The notes under the pieces: model-generated
Databases searched by the model: none
Told to the model about the DNA's origin: nothing
Seen by the model: only the letters and a program-made list of their open reading frames with translations
Part shown: positions 1 to 10,793 of the stretch, piece by piece
Position numbering within the stretch: position 1 is the stretch's first letter
Layout: each line of letters begins with the position of its first letter
Source: Pseudogymnoascus verrucosus
Taxonomy: Eukaryota
Direction: 5' to 3' (one strand)
NCBI GenBank assembly: GCA_001662655.1
Contig: KV460207.1
DNA: 64,000 nucleotides
Program-made: the position numbers and the translations under genes

Positions 1-519
1 ACCGACACCGCGCACATGTACCGTGCGTTCCGGCGGGAACCTAACAATAGCGGGCTGGGGAAGGTGTTAGCCGATCTCGATATCGCGGGGTGGGACCTCC
101 ATAATGCTGGGAATGACGCGGTATACACGCTGCAGGCCATGGTGGCCATTGCTGTCAAGGCGCTGGTTGAGAAACAGGACATCCGAGAGAGGGAGAAGGA
201 GGTTATGGAGCAGAAGATCAAGGAGGCCATGGAGGCTGCGGCGGAGGTGGTGAGGGAGAATAAGGAGGGGTGGAGCTCGGGGGGCGAGGATAGTGATGGG
301 GGCATTCCGGGGCCGCCGTTGGGGGAGGAGAAGACGACGCAGCAGCACCATGGACCGCCGGGGATGAATAGGAAGGAGAATTCTGGGCGTGGGGGGTCGA
401 ATTATGGGGCTGCGAGGGGGGCGAGGTCGTCGTGGAGGCGGGGGAGTGGGTCGAATCTGGCTCCGGTTCGTAAACCGGCGAGGGAGGGTAATGACGCAGC
501 CCGATCTGGATGGTGGTAG
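1..519 (+). CDS. 3' part of a QIP (QDE-2-interacting)/Gfd2-YDR514C-like DEDD-family exonuclease-domain protein; 5' end lies outside the window
   Basis: DTAHMY...LGKVLADLDI...LHNAGNDAVYTLQAMVAI resembles the HNAGNDA terminal catalytic motif of this family. It is followed by a charged helix and an RG-rich tail. Confidence 0.6.
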   Translation, partial: TDTAHMYRAFRREPNNSGLGKVLADLDIAGWDLHNAGNDAVYTLQAMVAIAVKALVEKQDIREREKEVMEQKIKEAMEAAAEVVRENKEGWSSGGEDSDGGIPGPPLGEEKTTQQHHGPPGMNRKENSGRGGSNYGAARGARSSWRRGSGSNLAPVRKPAREGNDAARSGWW

Positions 520-844
520 TTGTGAAGGTTTTACGTTAGGGAGCAATCGTTGATTTTCAGCTATGGTAGCTCTTTCGACACTGTATCATATATGGCACCA
601 CGGGATGGACGGGGGCAGAACACAGCTGCTGAGCAGGTAGCACTATTCTAGACTGTAGAATGGACAATGCAACAGCCTGACATTATTTATTCCCACCAAA
701 GTAAACCAATACACCTATAAGCTATCAACGCACACCATCCCCCCTTTTCATCCCACAAAACTCACAAATAAACACCCCACGCACACATCCACCTCCATAC
801 CCCATAATAAACCAATAACACCATAAAGCACAACCCCAAACCAC

Positions 845-1949
845 CTAAACATCCACATCCCCCACCACCCCCAGCGCCACCCCACTCACCACAACAGCCG
901 TCACCCAAACCCCCGCATACGCCACTGCCCCGCACGCTTCCACGCCCTCAATGCCCTTCACGAGCGCAAACGTATTCGCGCCCCCCAACGACGCCAGGAT
1001 GGCCGTACGCCTCAGCACCTCTTTCATCCTCTCACTGTAACCGCAGACGTTATACCTAACATGCTCCCCAAGCCCCGAACTCACAGCATCGAACTCCGGT
1101 TTCGTGGTTGAGAGACTCGAGGTCGAGGGCGCGAGGATAAACGACCGTGCTGCGAGTCCGGAGACCAGGGTGAGAGGGAGGAGGGAGATGAAACTCGATG
1201 AGTGTGCGGCGGCGACGGAGGGGAGGTTGTTGAACTGTGTTGCGAGTGTGGTGGGGAGGAATGTGGCGTAGGAGATTGAGAGGACGAGGCTGTGTATGCA
1301 AGCCGCGAGGAGGGTGGTGAGGATTTTCGCGCCCCCGTCTATTTCCGGCGCCTCAGCGGTGGTGCGGCGCGTCTTAGGCGGCGGGATGAGCGCGATGGGG
1401 AGGGTGGTGGAGAGTATCGTGATCACAAGAGAAAGAATTGTCGGCGTCGCCCGGGTGTTATAAAAGTAGTGGAGCAGAAACAGTACCGGTCCCTGAGAAA
1501 ACAGCGACAGGGCAGCGACTTCAGAAGCGCTGTACCCATTACACCAAGCTATACCGAGCTCAATCCTATATCAATCATCAGCACTACCATCCTACACGCT
1601 TCCAAGAAAGAGAAACTCACGACCTCCACCCCACCACCACACCAAGCTCCCCCCACCCCTCCGCCCTCCTTGCAACATGTCCTACCCCCCCATCCCCAAA
1701 CTGCGTCGCGAGTTGATGTAAGACCGTCGAGATAGCCAACCCCATCGTCGCGAGAACAGGGAGCCGGATAGCAGGCGAGAGGGGCGCTCCGGCGCGCAAT
1801 TCTTCTGCTGATATCGATGGGGCGATGGGGGTGGAGGATGTGCGTTTCGCGACTGTAGTGGACTTCGCAGCGCGAGGTGTAGATGCCGCGGTGGCCTTGG
1901 TGGCTGCAGCTGCGGCTGTGGCAGCTTGGTCGCCTTTGCGGGTTCGCAT
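845..1949 (-). CDS. Uncharacterised fungal multi-pass membrane protein, 2 exons (1949-1621, 1565-845)
   Basis: ATG at 1949 (MRTRKGDQ...). A GTGAGT...TAG intron at 1620-1566 joins ORF 1617..2180 in frame to ORF 845..1426 (WRS/IELGIAWCNGYSASEVAALSL). Several hydrophobic segments. Confidence 0.7.
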
Positions 1950-2902
1950 TTTGCTTGGTGGTTTTCGGAAACGATTTGCGAGAGTGAGGAATTGGAGTGT
2001 CAAGATGGTTTTCTTTGACACTGGAGTTTCTTTGTGTCGTGTGCCTTGCGCCCGTTGTTGGAGGAGGTTGGTAGTGGGGATTGGATGGAGGGGAGCGTGG
2101 GTTGCGGCTGCGGCTGGGGGAGTGTAAATAAACGAGGTGACGTCGTCGCGGCGGGTATAATGCGGGAGTCCCTCCGACAACTGCTAGGGCGCGGGGGGTA
2201 GTAACGACGTAATTGACAGGAACTTTTTTAAAAAAAATCTGGGCAAGCAAACAAAAAAAATACTGGAGCATGCGACGATCAGGTGTGTTTGACGTGTCGA
2301 TCTGAGGATTTTTTTTGATCTAACGTCGGTTTGACGCGTCTTTGGGATTTTGGGATTTACTACTGTAGGTTTGAAGGTTTGTGCATTTTGGGGGTTCGAT
2401 TTAGTTACGTGACTTGATGTGCGACACGGATTTGTGTATGCATCTTGTGTGACTATGGGGATGGGACGCTGGAATCAGACTAATATGCAGCTGGTGGCAG
2501 AAGCAGTAGCACGCAAACAAATCAGGGCCCTCTCGTCCCTCGAAACGTGGTGTTAACGCGCTCGTAAGACGTGAGAATGAGTCATTGGTCATGTTATGAA
2601 TATCTCGATTGCTTCCTACATAATCGTTTATAGATGTCCCCCAAGGGATCTAGCAGCGTGCGTCGCCGCCCCCTCAACAAGAAGCCCCTTCAATCCTGCC
2701 CTCTCCCGCGGCTCGCGAGTCTCCCACTTCAACCGATGGTTAATGATAAGGGTTTCCATATCCGGTACTGAGAGAATTTTTCGCCCGCGAGCGCGCTGCG
2801 GCAAAAAAAAGGGTGTGTGGTTAAGACGCAATAAGGAAATCAGTTTGATTCACAAGTCCCTGGCGCCCCGCTATAACACAATAGTTCTCCGCACCCCCCT
2901 CT

Positions 2903-4492
2903 CTATTCCTCCATGCGGCCGAATACGCCGTCGTCGTCTTCGTCGCTGCGGCCGCGAGAGCGCGAGTCGTAGTCGTCGTCGTCTGCGACGCTCTCCTCGC
3001 TCTCCTCCATCTTGACGTCGCCGTCGTGCTGTTCACGTCCGCGGATGTAGCTCGTCGGCGCTGAGCCCTGGTGGTTGGGCGTCAGAGTCGTGCCGGAGAA
3101 GCCTTGGGCGAGGTATCTCGCTGGAAGCGGAGGTACGGGCGGTACATCTGGTGGGAGGGTGACGGGCCCGGTTCTGGGCGTGCCGAACGAGCAGCTGAGA
3201 AGCTCGACGGCCGCTGCTAGGCCAGCTTCGTCTTCTAGGCCACCAGCGCTGATCCCAGATGATAGTGGGCGGCCACTCTGGCTCTGTTGGCCGAATGAGC
3301 CGAACGCGGATCCGTTCGACATACTTCCTACGTGGAGCCCGTTTGATGGCGCGGATTGGTAAGACCGGGAGAAGTTGTTTCCGCTGCTGTATCGCTTTCT
3401 GTGGCCCGCGAACGAGCTGCCAGTGTACGACTGGCCGTATGTTGCCTCGGTCTGAGGCGGAGGTGTGGTGTCGGTAGAGCTCAGGCCGTCGCGCGGGTCG
3501 GAGGACCCTGATGCGGCTGGCGACGCAGAGTCTTGATCGGAGTTGAAATCCTTCGCGGATGGTGGTGGTGTTGGCCCGTCTTGGTTCATGGCGACTAGAA
3601 CCGATGCTGCTTCGAGCAGTTGGACCTGCTGGTGCTTTGAAATCAATAGTTTCGAGGTGTACGACCATTCTGGTGTGTGTTCCCATCTGCAGCAAAAAGT
3701 CATGTCAGCAACAATTGATGGCTCGTCAACAATTTCAGGGAGCGAGAAGGGACCCGCAGCAGATTCCTGCTGCGGTGAGAGATCAAGGGCGGGAGTAGGA
3801 CGGAGGGCACGAACAAATGTTTTGTTAGACAACTGCTGTGCTTGTATCCCTTCCCGCACTTATCACATCTCAAGTCGTTCTTCTTTCCGTCGCTCTTGAC
3901 CGAGGATTGACCCTCGCTAGCGCGCCTCATGCGCGCCTTGTTGAAGCTATCACCCTCGTCGTCCATCTCGTCGTTCTGCTCGTCATCGATCGCGCTCTCA
4001 TCGCGCTCAGCCTTGCGACCCGCCATGAGCGATAGCCGATGTCCGGGGAGACTGCTCGGCGGCGTCGCGAGGCCAGCAAACTTGGAGCCGCCAGGCCGCG
4101 ACGTTGTGTGCCTTCTTGATGACGCGGTCGGCATAGGCGCCGACAATGTGGCTTCTCCCATCTCGCGGACTGCCGCGGCCACGGCGGCCGCATTGGCAGA
4201 GCCGCTCTTCCTTCGTGTGACGCGGTGTGTAGGAACCAGCGAGCCGGCGGATATGGAGTGTGAGTGGTGGCGTGGGTGACTGCTTCGCGCGGGTAAGCTG
4301 GAGCCCAGGGCGGAAGACATCGAGAGTCGGTGTTGGCCGAGAGGCCGAGCTGGGTGTTGTATGTCCTGTAGAGTAGCCATTGATCAGTATGGGCGGATTG
4401 CAAGGTGAAGTGCGGTACGGTGCGGTAGAATTGGTGACAAATTGGAGTGGGAGATCAGGGAAAGCTGGCGTGCATACCTTGGAGGAAGCCAT
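2903..4492 (-). CDS. C2H2 zinc-finger protein, 3 exons (4492-4478, 4365-3815, 3686-2903)
   Basis: ATG in GCCGCCATGG context, then a GTATGC donor and CTACAG acceptor. The spliced finger reads CDKCGKGYKHSSCLTKHL/WEH, followed by SKLLISKHQQVQLLEAASVL and later LAAAVELLSCSFGTP. Confidence 0.85.
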
Positions 4493-5060
4493 GGCGGCAG
4501 TGGTTTATATGGACGGAAAGTGGCGGGTAATAATTTCAAGTCGATTGAATCATAGACCGGCCCTCAATCCTCGAAGCCGATTAGGTAGCGACAATATGAG
4601 GGTAGGGCAAACAAAATAGTCCGTTAGAGAAGCAATAAAAAAAGTTGTAGAATAATTGAAGCTCAGCTCCCTTTGTGCTTTGTGTGGTGGAGGTGGTGAG
4701 TGGTAAGTGGTGGTGGTTGGTGGTGGTTTCGTATGGTGGCAGGTGAGTGGTGGGCAGGTGAGAGGGTGAGTTGGATGTATTGGATGTATATGCGATGGGT
4801 GTGTGAGTAGGCGGTAGGTGGTAGATGGTAAGGGTGGGTGGTGGTAGGTAGGTGTGGATGGATGGCTGATGGATGGTGGAGGTGGATTAGAGAGGTGGGG
4901 AGGGATTGTGGACGGATGGAGATGGATTGTGGATGGCTGATTATTGGGCGCAGGCAGGGCTGTGGGCTATGGTGGGCTGTAAGTATTGGATAGCAGTGAA
5001 CACAGTACGGGGATACAAGAGTACAGCGGGGTACAAGAAGGGAGTGGTAAGGAATTGGTT

Positions 5061-5088
5061 ATCTGTACTATCTGTACTATCTGTACAG
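5061..5088. repeat. Short tandem repeat (ATCTGTACT) x~3
   Basis: atctgtacta tctgtactat ctgtacag. Confidence 0.8.
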
Positions 5089-5709
5089 CCCCAGGTTTGG
5101 CCAGATTTGCCCAGATTTGGCTGTAATATGGCCGAGAGTGGTGTCAAATGGCCCAAATAGCCCCAAAAGGCCCAGATTGTGTGTGTGTGGCTCATTAGTA
5201 ACCCCCCTGTTAGTCCTGCTAGCCTGCTATCCTCGTTGATTGATCCAGCACCTTCCAGCGCGCAACTCACGCAACCACAGGGTGAAATACGCGCCGTAAG
5301 CCCACGGTCCAGGGTTTGTAAGAGTAGCCGAAGTCCCCAAGTATTCCAAGTACCGAGGTTCACTAATGCCGCAATCCGCGCTCTGAATGGCCCATCTTGC
5401 CCTTAGAGGGTATTGAAGGGGATCTAAGCGAGCCGCAAGAGGCAAGACCACGTCCGTATCTACTCTAGGGTATTCTCTAAATGCGGGTGATACATGGCGA
5501 TACCTGGTTTACGCGACAGATTGTGTCTGGAGTTGTGTGTGTGCCCAGGCCGAGGCGACGGCGGAGGATCTGGGTGGATAGATGAGAGGCGAAGAGAGGG
5601 CGATGAAGGCCGATGGTGGGCGAAGATGCGAGATATGCGATCTCACTCATGGCCCGTGTACACTGTTGTATCGTATATCGTATACTATTTCCGCCTATTT
5701 CCACTATTG

Positions 5710-5753
5710 TAGTCAGATAATAGTCAGATAAATAGTCAGATAAATAGTCAGAT
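5710..5753. repeat. Tandem 11-12 bp repeat TAGTCAGATAA(A) x4, containing three GATAA cores
   Basis: Units start at 5710, 5721, 5733 and 5745. Confidence 0.85.
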
Positions 5754-7649
5754 TCGGAACTAGAGGCTGTGTAAAGTGGATGCCCCGGTGCAACAAGACG
5801 TAGTAGGTAGGCGTAGGCGTAGTACCGTTAACCATCAAAAAATATTTATTATTTGTCGGATTGCGGGGAAGTTAAGAGTGATCGGTCATGTGGAATTTAT
5901 TTATCTCGACTACAGCTACTACAGTACCTACCCAATAGATATAGTATATAGTGATTTCATCATCCTACATATCGTCGCAGCAATGTTTCAAGAGAACGAC
6001 GCTCAATTGACCGAATGGGAGCCACAGAAACGACAAGTGAGTGCATACCACACCCAGGGCATTCTAATTGAGGGTAAATTGTGTCCTTGCTTGCCGTCGC
6101 ACACATGCTCTGTCCACATGTACTGCACGACGCCGTATGGAGGTTATGTACGTATATTCCGTATGTAGGTACAACACGCGCACTTGGAAAAGGGCAGGGA
6201 CGGCTAAGGGAAAGGGAAGGGGGAGGGGACGGACGGGGAAGGAGCGAGGGGTGAGTGAGGGGGAGAGAGGGCCGAGAGGGTAGATCGGGGAAGGGGGAAA
6301 CGGGCTCTAGGCTCAAGGCTGGAGGCACCAAGGCGTACTTTTCGGATGGAGACTCGACTCTAGACTCTTTGCACGCACACACGCCCTCTCCAATTCCCCG
6401 AGTGAAATTGGATAGTATTCCTTATTCCTCACTCCTACATACACGTACAACTCTACAATTCCAATAGCCAACTCCTTTCTCATTCTAGTCACACCCCCAA
6501 AAAAAAGCAAGGAAGCTTAGTTGCACGCCACCCCATCCGATATCATGCTGTCGTCCACGCCCCTTCTCACACACACAGCCCCCTACCCTCCATGACTATA
6601 TTACTACAGCTACTCCCTCCCATACAGACATACACACTCCCTCCTCCAGTATTCCCACCTACTACACCCACCCCTCCTCCCATCAACATCACACGATCCC
6701 CACACTCCCTCCACATAAGACACAAAATAAATGCCCATGATCCCTCCCTCCCCTCCCCCTTCGGCTTAGTGCGCACGTAATGGGGGAGCGGGGAAGCTGG
6801 GCTGGGACCTGGGCGATGGGGTGGTGGTGGTGGTGGTCCAATGATGCATGCGCGATCCTGTGACCGAGACCGAGATGGATACCCTCCGCTTGTTACTCTT
6901 CAGCCGTTTGTTGGTGCCTGGGTTTATAGGCAGCAACTGATTTACTCTGTACGTGTATAGATAGGTAGAGGTTGTATACCATGTCTCGCCGATTCCCGAG
7001 CCCGAGATATGGTCAACCCATCCCCGTGACATCGAGAATCGGTCATGTGTACAGAGCCACCATCTCGTAAGCTAACAAACGACGCGTCGTCGGTCGAAGG
7101 TGGCAAAAAAAGATTAAAAAAAGAGACACCGTGTCTATGACACTGTCTATGAACACAATCCCCACATCCAACCGCGAGGAAACCACGCTGTACGGAGTAT
7201 AGAAAAGTACCACCGTTGCGTGGGCCTCACCGAAGAGCCCACTGAGGCATTAAAGCACGTGCAAGCCGCCTCGATGACACGATCGGCGATGACAATTCCA
7301 CCTCAGTAACTAAATCATGACTCCTCTGCTCCACACCCGTCAATTGCCTATCTCCATATCCATCTCCAAAATAAAATATCCCGACAACGGACTCCAATAT
7401 CCAGATACTATCCCTCCCATCCCGCAGTCGGCGTCCATACTCCGCCTTCGCACCAAACCCGTCGATAACGCCTGCCTACACCTCTTACCCCAATCCGTGA
7501 GCCAATCAACTGATACACTGGCGATAAGATAACGACCTCCCTCCCATCTAATCTAGCCCCTCCCTTCTGTACTCTAGACCCTCACCATAGAACCTCACCT
7601 CCTCACCTCATCTCATAACCCTTTAAAACACGATCCCTATACCCTCCCC

Positions 7650-8126
7650 ATGGCCACGGCGCCAAAAACCATCGGTCGCGGCGGCGCGGGGAATTTCAGA
7701 TCTCCCACCGATCAAAGGCCCGCTGAGACGCCTGATACACCTGATACGCGCACCGTCAACCCGCAGCTCTCATCTCTACGCAGTGGGCGCGGCGGCGCGG
7801 GGAATACCAATCCCTCCTCCTCCTCCTCCTCTACCCCCTCCACCGGACCCAGCGCGGGTAAATCGCCAGCGGCGCGGCTAGATGCTGTGATAGTAGGAGA
7901 AGCACCTAAATCGGCCGCGAAGGAGGTGGTGTATGGAGGGCGGGGAGGGGCGGGGAATTGGAAGGTTGGGAGGGAGGAGGAGGAGGAGAGGAGGAGGGTG
8001 GAGGAGGAGGGGAGGAAGAGGGAGGTGGAGGAGATGGTGAGGAGGGAGGTGGAGGGGGGGTTGGTTATGCCGGGACGGGTGTATAGGGGGGTGGGGAGGG
8101 GGGAGGAGGAGGAAGAGGAGGGGTGA
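7650..8126 (+). CDS. Par32/DUF3602-like small protein with GRGGAGN repeats
   Basis: Three copies of GRGGAGN (IGRGGAGNF, SGRGGAGNT, GGRGGAGNW), the signature of yeast Par32/DUF3602, plus an acidic/charged C-terminus. Confidence 0.75.
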   Translation: MATAPKTIGRGGAGNFRSPTDQRPAETPDTPDTRTVNPQLSSLRSGRGGAGNTNPSSSSSSTPSTGPSAGKSPAARLDAVIVGEAPKSAAKEVVYGGRGGAGNWKVGREEEEERRRVEEEGRKREVEEMVRREVEGGLVMPGRVYRGVGRGEEEEEEG

Positions 8127-8663
8127 CGAGGTGAAGGATGGGAAGGGGGGAGGTGGAGGAGGAGGAGCTGTGAGTAGGTGATGGGGGAGAGGGAGGAGGA
8201 GGATTGATACCCGTGGGATGAGAATGGATTTATGAGGGAAGAAATGTGTATAACAGACCAAAGCAAGGATCTGGTGTCGATTGGGTTGTCTATTGGGAGT
8301 ATAAAATATTCTTGATGATTATTTAATCCTTCTAATAAATCACTTACCCCAAATGGAGCTACAGAAAGAGATTATATTATCTCCAATGCAGATATCATAG
8401 GTGAACTGTTCGTAGTCCGTCTCCCTGCCATTGAGCCTCACGAATACCGCTAGAAGCATGAAGCGTCAAAAACATGCATTAAATGCAGGTTTCTCCAATC
8501 CAGCCACCCCAGAAAAAGTTTTGCTTCAAAGAAGGTGTATTTGCGTATATCTTAACGTCAAATTCCCACCGACATCTCTTAACACAACCACAACGCCATT
8601 TTATATAGACCGAACGCCCATCACATTCCCAGCCCAAACTGACAACCCCCCATCCACACCACC

Positions 8664-9356
8664 CTAATCCAAATCCATTCCATTCTCCTCCTCCTCCCCG
8701 CCTCCAACCAACTGCTTCCTCCTCGTCTGCATCTTCCCAAACACCTTCGCCCTGGGCGCCACCACCTCCTCCTCGACCTCCTCTCCCGCCGCCTCGAGCG
8801 CCAGTCTCTCGCTCCCCCTCATCTTGGGCAACAAGTGCGAGTTCTCCGCAACCAACTTGCGATCCGCAGCCTTGGCCCTCTCCTTGTTGCCCTCCATGCG
8901 CTTCTTGTAGAAGACGCGCTCGCGCTTCTGCCTGATCTCGGCGACGCGCGACATGGCCTTGAGCGTCGTGGCGACGAGGTCGCGGTTGTAGCGCACGGGG
9001 ACGTTGCGGCGGGCCGCGAAGGTGAGGGTGCTATCCACGACCATTTCTTTGCCGGCGGATTTGCGGAAGGCTTTGGTCCACTTGAGTTTGCGGGGGTTAC
9101 GCTTCATTTTGAACTGGGCAGGGGGTTAGTCGGTGAGGTGATGGAGGGGCGGAGGGGGAGGAAGACGTACGTTCTTGTGGCACTTGCTGCGACAGAATCG
9201 GAAGAGTCGTGCATCGTTGCGGACGAAGGTGATGCCTTTGCTGGGGTAGCAAGGTTGCGAGCAGAAATAGCACGTCTCGATTCTTCACACAATAATCCGT
9301 TAGTCCTCATCTTCTCAATCGCATTGCAAAATTCTAGGAATTGCAACATACCTCAT
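8664..9356 (-). CDS. RLP24: Ribosome biogenesis protein RLP24 (eL24 family), 3 exons (9356-9352, 9282-9171, 9113-8664)
   Basis: Spliced [57 protein letters not shown]...[12 protein letters not shown]. Confidence 0.95.
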
Positions 9357-9680
9357 CTTGGCGGTTGTGCGGAGTGATGTTGTTGGGCAAGGTAATCGAC
9401 TCTTGCAACTGCTCGCCTGCTTCTTCTTCCTAAACTTTCTTGCCAAAATTTGACGTTGGCGCGGGTAGCGATAGTGCGATAAAGGCAGGGATGTGCTGCC
9501 CGGGCCGACTGTGGCGCCGAGGTTCGCAAAATTGTAGATTGGCGCGGGCTTCCGATTATTTGCCGCCCCGAACGAGAAAGCAACTCAACGCTCAGGACTC
9601 TACGATTCATTACTACGGGCAAAAGGCAGCAGCAGTGATTAAATTGGAAGAGCAGTGAAGGAATCGCATATTATATAACC

Positions 9681-10141
9681 ATGGCTTCTGTTGTCGCAAT
9701 CGGCGTCGGTGTCGCAGCCGCGGCCTTCCTGGTAAGCAAGCACAACACATCGGACCAAACCATCAGGGGACAGGAAAACTAACACCCATCCTCCCAGGGA
9801 CGAGCCGGACTCGTAGCGATGCGCAAATACCGCGGGGGCGCCGGAGCCGTCGGAGCGCTGGGGAAGGCATACTATAAAGGCGGTTTCGAGCCAAAGATGA
9901 ACCGCAAGGAGGCGTCGCTGATTTTGCAGCTGAGGTGAGTTAGCCCCTTCCTTCTCCCGACCGCTGTGTCATGTGTGTGTGGGGATTCTAATGGTTAAAT
10001 AGCGAGCGCACCCTTACGAAGGAGAGGATCAGGAAGAACCACCGCACGCTTATGATGTTGAATCATCCCGATCGGGGGGGGAGCCCGTACCTGGCTACGA
10101 AGGTTAATGAGGCGAAGGAGTTTTTGGAGAAGACATCGTGA
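9681..10141 (+). CDS. PAM18: Mitochondrial import motor J-protein PAM18/TIM14, 3 exons
   Basis: [22 protein letters not shown]...[24 protein letters not shown]...[29 protein letters not shown], an HPD J-domain. Missing from the ORF track because of its introns. Confidence 0.95.
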
Positions 10142-10793
10142 GCGCCAGGGTGGAGGATGGCTTGTACTACTATATTGAAGCATCAGCGAGGCGTTTTTTT
10201 GTTGTTACAGAATTGTATTGTATTGTACGATTTTTGGGAGCCGTCGGGCTAGATGGATGTATAAAAACTCTCCTCATATATCATGATACTATCAATGTAA
10301 AGAGTATTCCGACGTTGAACACAAGACAGGAGTGGCATCATGTGTAAGATATTTAGGGATCATGTTATTAATGGTATAGCATTGCTAGGTATATGTTATT
10401 ACATACATATAGTTGTGTGTCCAAAACGGATTATTCCAGGAAAACACAAGGCCTCCTTCGCAATCCACCCATAATGAGAGGAGTTAGTTATTTCAATCCC
10501 GTACATACATGCCCCGACCCCCCTTCCCTGGGTCAGTCGACCACCATTTTTTAAGCGTAAAAATACAATAAATTATACAAGTATTGCCATGCCATATAGA
10601 GGGGAGAATGCTGCAAATGCAAGCACCAATCCTTCATGAGTAGGAAACAAAGGCAAAATCCAGAACCATGCATGCCACCAGAAACGACGAAGGAGATATT
10701 ACAAGCAGATATATGCTGTCGATTACAAACCCATCTCGTACATCACGCATACCCTATCCAAAGCGTATGCAGCCGCGATATAGATGATGGGGT

